A stretch of 38,176 bases of DNA, taken from Chrysochromulina tobinii (lineage: Eukaryota). The notes under the pieces were generated by a model. The model worked only from the letters and a program-made list of their open reading frames with translations, was not told the origin of the DNA and did not search any database. The position numbers and the translations under genes are program-made. Of the stretch, positions 29,383-36,300 are shown piece by piece (position 1 is the first letter of the stretch; each line of letters opens with the position of its first letter). The DNA is taken from the NCBI GenBank assembly GCA_001275005.1, contig JWZX01003015.1:1-38176 (forward strand), given 5' to 3'.

Positions 29383-32300
29383 ATGGGCCAGGAGGTCAGC
29401 AAGCCGCCAGATGGCGCGAGTGGCGTCCCTGAAGCCGCGCTGAACGTGTCAGTGCCCACGGGAGAACCAGCTGCGAACAACCTGAGCCGCTCGCACAGTG
29501 CGCACATGCTTTCACACGCCGTGCCGCCCGCGGTGTGCGATGAACGGCACCGCCGAGCAAACACGTGGCAGCATCGCGGGCAGCAGCGCAGCGTGTACAC
29601 GCGTGCGCCGTGGCCGGCTCGTGGCGGCTCCTCGACGCCAGGCCCCTCGGACACTGAGTCGGAGGCGAGTGTCTCCGAGTCTGGCGGCCTCTCGCGCACG
29701 GGCTCATCGAATCGCGTGAAGCGCTCCATCTCCGAGGCATCTGACTGCTCGGAGCTCGGCGAGGATCCGCCGCGTGGCCCTGGTCAGGGCGACGGCCATC
29801 ATCGCAACTCGGGCACCTGGCCGCGGATGTCCAAGCGCTCAAGCAGCAGCTCGCAGCTGAGCCACGACCGGCTGGATGTGTGGGAACTCACGCGCGCGCT
29901 CGCGCGTGAGAAGTCGGACCTCGCCGACCTGCTCGCACGCATGACCTCCGAGGTTGAGGCGCGCGGCGAGGGCATCCCGGCGCCGCCCGCACTCAACCGA
30001 GGCAGCACGGACCACGGTACCGGTACGGCATGCGACCCGCAGCTGAGGCAGCTCGAGGCCCTCGTGGCCAAAGAACGGCAGCGCGCCGAAGTGGACGACG
30101 GCACGCTGAACTCCATCCTGGGCGCGCTCCAGGACCAATTCAAGCCCGAGGAGCCGCCCTCGGCCGCACCGACCGCCCTGCCGAAGCGGCGAGATTGCGA
30201 TCTGCCGAAGCGCGCACGTGCGCACCGCCACACGCAACCGACGCCGCACCCGCCGCCGCCGGCGGCGCTGTACGGTCCGCCGCACGCGCCGCATCCGCAC
30301 GCGCCGCCGCCGCTGACGCCGCATCCGCACGCGCCGCCGCCGCTGACGCCGCACGCGCCGTCTGCGCACCTCTACCACGCACAGTACCACGCACACCAAC
30401 AAGCTCCCCAGGATGCACCTCACCACGCGAGCTACCACTCGAGCTACCACGCGAGCTACCACGCGCCGCGCCCTCCGTACGAGTACGAAGATGTCGCATA
30501 CCGGTACACCGGCGTACCCGGTGCGCCCGCGATCGGACTACACGCGTCTCTGCCAGTCCGCGAGCGCGCTGGCGGCGACCCGACGTCGCGAATCACGCCG
30601 CCTCCAGCTCCCGGCGCTGTGCTGGGCGCCGTGCTTGGCGCCCACCACGGCGCCTGCTCTCACGCCGTGAGCGCGGGCTCGGCCGCGGCTGGCGCTGTGC
30701 TGGGCACCTCCTCACGTCCGAAAAGGATGCCTCCGGCAGTGCCGCTGCTTCCGGCGGCCGCGCTCGGCCCGCAGGCCTTTGGATGCTCGAGCTCGGACCA
30801 TCTCGGACCATCTCGGACCATCTCGGACCATCTCGGACCATCTCGGACGAGCTCGGATCATCTCGTTTCATCTCGGACGAGCTCGGACCATCTCGTTTCA
30901 TCTCGGACGAGCTCGGACCATCTCGTTTCGTCTCGGGCCTTCTCCGAGCTTCTCGGGGCCTTTGGACGCTCGTGCTCGGACGGGTTCGCCGACCAGCACG
31001 ACGCGTCCATGGGCGACGCCCAGCACGACGCGCTCATGGGCGCGGAGCAGAGCTCGGCTCTTCACCTCTCCGAGCAGCTCTGCATGTACGAAGGGCTCTT
31101 CGATGACGTCGACTTTTGCGGCGAAGTCGTGGCAGCGAGCGCCGGCGTCACCTCTCCCCGACTCACGTCGCTCGCGCTCGAAAAGGCGCAGCTCGGCCTC
31201 TCGCCAGTCCTCGAGGCGTCGCCGGGGGGTTGTCCGGGCGAGGGGCGCGAGTTGCTCCCGCCCGATGTGCTGCGCTTCCTCGAGAGACACAGAGAGCAGA
31301 CGCCGCTGCCGCCCTCCCCCCAGCCCGCCGCCACCCCGCCGTACCAGCGCTACCGACTCCCCGACCCACACGGTGCCCTTCAGCGGCCAACGTACCACAC
31401 GGCGGGCTCAGGAGGCGGTGGCCTTGAGTACCCACCTGGCGCGCCGTGGATGGCTGCCCACGACAGTCGAGTCGATGGCATAGAGATGTATCGCTCCACG
31501 ATGGTCACGGACGCTGGAGCCATCGCGTCCGACCCAGCCGACCCAGCCGACCCCGCCGGAGTCATTTGCGCACCGCGGACGTCGTTGGGCACGCCGATGC
31601 CGCCGGGAGTGCCGCGGAGTGGCTCTCCTGCGTGCTCCACTTGCAGCTCCGGCGCCGGCGCCGGCAGCAGCATGTCGAACTATCCCTCGGCGAGCGGCGC
31701 GATGCACCCCTCTGCGCGGTTGCTGGGTCAGTTGCTCGGTCACCACAGCGGCTCGTCCTGTGAACTGGGAGGCGGCAGCGTCGATGGCGAATGCGCGCTG
31801 GGTGGCGCCAAGCTCAAGAGGGAGAAGACGACGGATAAGGACGGGCCCTATCGCAAGGAGTGGACTATCGTCGAGGATGAGCTCATCGTCGAGAAGGTGC
31901 GCGAAATCGGGCCCAAGTGGCGCCAGATTGCGTCCGCACTGCAAACCGGCCGCTCGGACGATGCGGTGCGCAACCGTTATAACCGGCTCATGGAGCCCGG
32001 GGTCATCAGCAATTGGGCGCGCGAGAACGGCTCGCAATCGACCAAATCGTCCAAGTACAAGTGCTCCAAGTGCGGCCAGTTCAAGAAGAACCACCAGTGC
32101 ACGTACGTCAAGCCTGAGGCCGACGGATTCCCAGAGGAGGCGTGCCAGCTGGGCGAGGGCATCGGCGTGCATCCATGTGCGATCGGCGGCCTCGGCGGCT
32201 TAGGCGGACCTTATGGTGGCCACGGAAGCGGCGCCGGTGGCTGCGAGTGCGGCAGCAGCGGCTCGTCGAGCGCGGGCGCCCTCGTGGGCGCCCTCGCCCT

Positions 32301-32631
32301 CGGCGAGCAGGACAAGAAGGACATGACGCTGCGCGTGGGCTGGACCAAGGCGGAGGACGACATCATCATGAACTCCGTCGCCGAGCTCGGCAATAAATGG
32401 AACCTGATCACTCCGCGTCTCCCCGGCCGCACCGACCATGCCATCCGCAATCGGCATCATCGGCTGCTCACGATGCGTCAGAACCTCTTGCTCGCAGCGA
32501 GCTCGGCGTCGGCAGCGGCCACGGACGACGTCGACGATCTACTGGACTCGAGCGAGGGCCACTCGTCGCCCATCGGCGCCGAGGACGTGCTCGATGCCTT
32601 CATCGATCAGGTCGAGTTGGCGCAGCAGTGA
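29383..32631 (+). CDS. Myb-family transcription factor with two separated Myb/SANT repeats flanking a CxxC-H-C zinc knuckle
   Basis: RKEWTIVEDELI...GPKWRQIA...GRSDDAVRNRY (about 31852-31990); YKCSKCGQFKKNHQC (32056-32100); GWTKAEDDII...GNKW..I...LPGRTDHAIRNRH (about 32338-32466). The N-terminal ~800 aa are low complexity and the exon structure there is uncertain. Confidence 0.8.
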   Translation: MGQEVSKPPDGASGVPEAALNVSVPTGEPAANNLSRSHSAHMLSHAVPPAVCDERHRRANTWQHRGQQRSVYTRAPWPARGGSSTPGPSDTESEASVSESGGLSRTGSSNRVKRSISEASDCSELGEDPPRGPGQGDGHHRNSGTWPRMSKRSSSSSQLSHDRLDVWELTRALAREKSDLADLLARMTSEVEARGEGIPAPPALNRGSTDHGTGTACDPQLRQLEALVAKERQRAEVDDGTLNSILGALQDQFKPEEPPSAAPTALPKRRDCDLPKRARAHRHTQPTPHPPPPAALYGPPHAPHPHAPPPLTPHPHAPPPLTPHAPSAHLYHAQYHAHQQAPQDAPHHASYHSSYHASYHAPRPPYEYEDVAYRYTGVPGAPAIGLHASLPVRERAGGDPTSRITPPPAPGAVLGAVLGAHHGACSHAVSAGSAAAGAVLGTSSRPKRMPPAVPLLPAAALGPQAFGCSSSDHLGPSRTISDHLGPSRTSSDHLVSSRTSSDHLVSSRTSSDHLVSSRAFSELLGAFGRSCSDGFADQHDASMGDAQHDALMGAEQSSALHLSEQLCMYEGLFDDVDFCGEVVAASAGVTSPRLTSLALEKAQLGLSPVLEASPGGCPGEGRELLPPDVLRFLERHREQTPLPPSPQPAATPPYQRYRLPDPHGALQRPTYHTAGSGGGGLEYPPGAPWMAAHDSRVDGIEMYRSTMVTDAGAIASDPADPADPAGVICAPRTSLGTPMPPGVPRSGSPACSTCSSGAGAGSSMSNYPSASGAMHPSARLLGQLLGHHSGSSCELGGGSVDGECALGGAKLKREKTTDKDGPYRKEWTIVEDELIVEKVREIGPKWRQIASALQTGRSDDAVRNRYNRLMEPGVISNWARENGSQSTKSSKYKCSKCGQFKKNHQCTYVKPEADGFPEEACQLGEGIGVHPCAIGGLGGLGGPYGGHGSGAGGCECGSSGSSSAGALVGALALGEQDKKDMTLRVGWTKAEDDIIMNSVAELGNKWNLITPRLPGRTDHAIRNRHHRLLTMRQNLLLAASSASAAATDDVDDLLDSSEGHSSPIGAEDVLDAFIDQVELAQQ
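30791..30936. repeat. 10-bp minisatellite (TCTCGGACCA, about 14.5 units) evolving into a 30-bp higher-order repeat
   Basis: Five near-identical (t/g)ctcggacca units, then 3x [tctcggacga gctcgga(t/c)ca tctcgtttc(a/g)]. Confidence 0.92.
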
Positions 32632-33031
32632 GCTTGGCGAGCAGCCGCACGCAGGCTGCGCATCATGTTTTCTGGAGTCAGAGTTCCCCAGCGAAGAGCG
32701 TCGCATGTCACTGTCTCACTGAGATACAACCCCTGTTCAGCCTCAGAAAAATTTTAAGAGTCCCGATAAATAGGCAGATGGAGAGCTGCGCTCTGCTCAT
32801 GGCATTCCCATTGATGTTATGAGAGTTCATATGAGTGCACACTAGCTGCACTAAGTTGCACTAAAGCTCACGCTTGTACGGTTCCGGCCGGTGGGGTAAA
32901 GGGGTAGATTTCTCATGCCTCACCGGTGTCTTTTCGACGTACAAGTACCGTTTCGAAAAACACCGGGGGGAGACACGAGACAGCCACTCGAACCTCAAAA
33001 ACCACCTCAACCTCGGTCTCCCGTTGTGCTT

Positions 33032-33210
33032 GAACTGAACCGTAAGTTTCGTTCATGAAAGGTACTATACTGAACGGTAAGTTAGGTCCGGAGTAATCGA
33101 CTTGTTACGGAGTGTGTGCGCGCGTTGTGTTGAACAGCAAAGCACGGTAAGTCCTTGGGGGTCCGGAGGTTGTGCGCGGTGTGTTTCACAGCAGCAGCAC
33201 GGTAAGTCCG
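33032..33210 (+). repeat. Degenerate tandem units each ending in GTAAGT
   Basis: GTAAGT at 33042, 33077, 33147 and 33202. The last two units share ggtccggag...tgtgcgcg...tgtgtt..acagca..gcacggtaagtcc. Confidence 0.65.
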
Positions 33211-33319
33211 CGGTGCGAGAGGAGCCTTGTGACGAGAGTACACGACACGTCGAACGCCGCGCATCGGACCGACCACCAGAGCTCTCTTCTCCTTCCCCAA
33301 GAGCCGGCCCTTCGAAACA

Positions 33320-36300
33320 ATGCGAGGCAAGGGCCTGTTCCTGTTTGCGATGCTCGTCGCCTTGGGCAATTTGAGGTTCGCGAGCACGCCGCGCTGCCGC
33401 TCGCTCCCTGCCTTCTACAGCATGACCATCGTGGGCGCCGGCGGCCTCTCGACGCGCGTGGGCAACGCGATGATGCGCCTGCGCGAGGGCACGGGCCGCA
33501 AGTTCGGCAACATGATCCTCACCAACATCTCGACGCACCCCGGCATCCGCATCGAAACTTGCACTCAAAGCAGCACCGATACCCCGTCCGCGCTCCCGAC
33601 GATGTCGCTCAACACGTACCTGTTCTTCACGTCGAAGAACATCATCGAGAGCCCCACCGCCGGCTTCAGTATTATGTCGCCAAGAACTGACACGGTGCCT
33701 AGCATCTGCTCGAATGAATGTTTCTACACCTCCAACGCTGCTCGCGACAATGGCGCCCCCGGCTGCGAGTGTGATCTTCATCGCGCCCTCTTCATATTTG
33801 ACGCCTTCTCCACCGCGCCTACGTTTGCGACGCGCGCCTCGTCGGACCAGGTGGAATGCAAGCTCAATGTGTTCGCGGAGCACACTTCCGCCTCGCCGCC
33901 GAGCCCGGAGCTGGATGCGTTGAACCCTTACATGTCGCCGGAGCCGAAGCTCATGGCGACGGAGCCCGACTCGCCCTACATGCCCTACAACCCTGCCGTG
34001 ATGAGGCGTCACCAGGGCAACTTCTCGCTCGCCCACACGGAAAAGCGCTCGTACTGGTACCGCGAGCTTGACAACGGCATGAAGAAGCTCTTTGGCTCCA
34101 ACCTGAGCGCCACCACGAACACGAGCTTCTCCGCCTCAGTCAAGGTACCGACGGGCAGCTACTCGGAGCTGAAGGAGTACCCGGCGATCGCGCAGGACAT
34201 GCTCTTCCCCTCAGATGCCACGTGTCCCAAGGAGGACGAGTGCGAGACCTTCCTCACCTCGGTGGGCGGCGGCTCGAACGCCTTCGTGGACAAGATCCAC
34301 AAGGACTTCTTCTTCGAGATGGTCAGCAGCAATGTTGTGCCGGTGCTCGAGCGGCTTGTGGCCTTCTTCATCGCGCCCACGTTTGTGACGCGCGCCTCCT
34401 CTCTGGACCAGATCAACCGCGAGTTCAACAAGTTTGGGAAGCACCTGACAAACGCCACCGCCTTGTCGAACACCTCTATCTTGTTGAGCCCGGAAATCTT
34501 GGATGTGATGAACCCCGACGTGTCGCCAGAGCCGAACCTTGTGGCGACGAAGCCCAACTCGCAGGGCCCGGTGAGTGAGCGCTTGTGCGAGCACATGCTC
34601 TTCCCCTCAAATGCCAAGTGTCCCAAGGAGGACGAGTACGAGACCTTCCTCACCTCGGTGGGCGGCGGCTCGAACGCCTTCATGGACAAGATCCACAAGG
34701 ACTTCTTCTTCAGGGTGGTCAGTAGCAAAGTTGTGCCGGTGCTCGAGCGGCTTGTGGCCTTCTTCATCGCGCCCACGTTTGTGACGCGCGCCTCCTCTTT
34801 GGACCCGGTCAACCGCGAGCGCAACGTGTTGGCAGAGCCAGTGGCGAACACCCCCGCCTCGCAGAGCCCTGATGCGATGGCGGTGGGTACGAAACTGACT
34901 TGCAATCTCAACGACTTGCCTTCTGCTGGCCGTGAGATACTCCATGCGGCCGCGCCGCTGGCAAGCCGTGACCGCCTCGTGGCGCACATCATCGAGCATA
35001 GTCCACTATGTGGCACCGACGGCTCGCGCCCGAACACGGCATCGGCCCCGTTCCTGTCCACCGCGGTCGGCGGCACTGGCCTCTACCGCAACTCGGCTGG
35101 CGAGTCCACCGTCGATTCGTGCGCCATCTGCTGCTACGCTGCGTGCACTCGCGCCGAGCGTAACTCGATGACGGCCGAATACGGGCTGCGCAAGGGCGGG
35201 GTCTTCACGATAGCACTCGAGGAGCTCTTCATTACGAGCACAATCTGGGACGCGGACGTCAAGTACTCGTTCCCGTACGACCAGACGAACGCGAGCGAGG
35301 ATACTGCGGGGGATCCCATCAAGGCAGCGGCGGACTTGGACGGTGTGCCTTGGGAGTTGGTGGAGTGCTTCGACCTCGCATTCGTATTGCTCAGGCTTGC
35401 GTCGTTTGTTTGGGCGATTTGCGCGTCGCGGAGACGATCCGGTCCAAACGGGCGCTTTGCGAATCAGACGCACCGTAACCAGCGCTTTGCATTGGCCTTG
35501 CTCGTTTTCGTCGTCGTCCCGCGGTCAAGTGCCATGGCGACGACGGCACCACCCAATGGCGATGGGACTGGTGCGCATCGTGCAGAGTCGGCGCTGATGC
35601 CGCCATCGCGGCCGCCTCCGCCCACTCCATGCGCCGATGATGTGAACAGCGGCGCCTTGGACTTAAGCGGCGCCTCCATGCCGTGCTCCTACTTCTTAGC
35701 ACAGCCCTCTGTTTGCGCTTCCTATTCCATTGCACGCACCACTTGCCCGGTCGCGTGCGGGACGTGTCCGCCTCCCCTGCCTGACCCCTCTGGCATGACA
35801 TTCATGGCCAACGCCGAAACCAGTGACCACCCTGTTGCCGGGATGCACGCAGTCCAGCATGCGCCCAGCCATCGTCGTGCGCAGCAGGCCCAGGCCGGCG
35901 TCGTCCCCAGCCTGACCAGCACATCCAGCACCTCTGCAGGCAGCAGCCTCGTGACAGCCCCTTCGTTCCCGCAAACTCCTTTGCCGCCCTCATCCGCGTC
36001 GCGGACCCCACGGTCACGGCCTCCGCCCTTGCCACCCTGGCCGCCCTCGCCTCCCCGACTGATGCCCCCACCCACGCCGTCCCTGTACCCTCTGGACTCT
36101 GGGCCGACGCCACCTCAATCCTCGTCGCCGTACCTGCCCATTCCACAACCGTCGCCGTACCTGCCCATTCCACAACCGTCGCCGTACCTGCCCATTCCAC
36201 AACCGTCGATTCCACCCGTTTGGAGGTCTCCGCAGACACCCCTAATGCCCAACCACCGCCGTGAGCTGCAGACTGCGGTGAGCACCAGCGCGGGCCTGAC

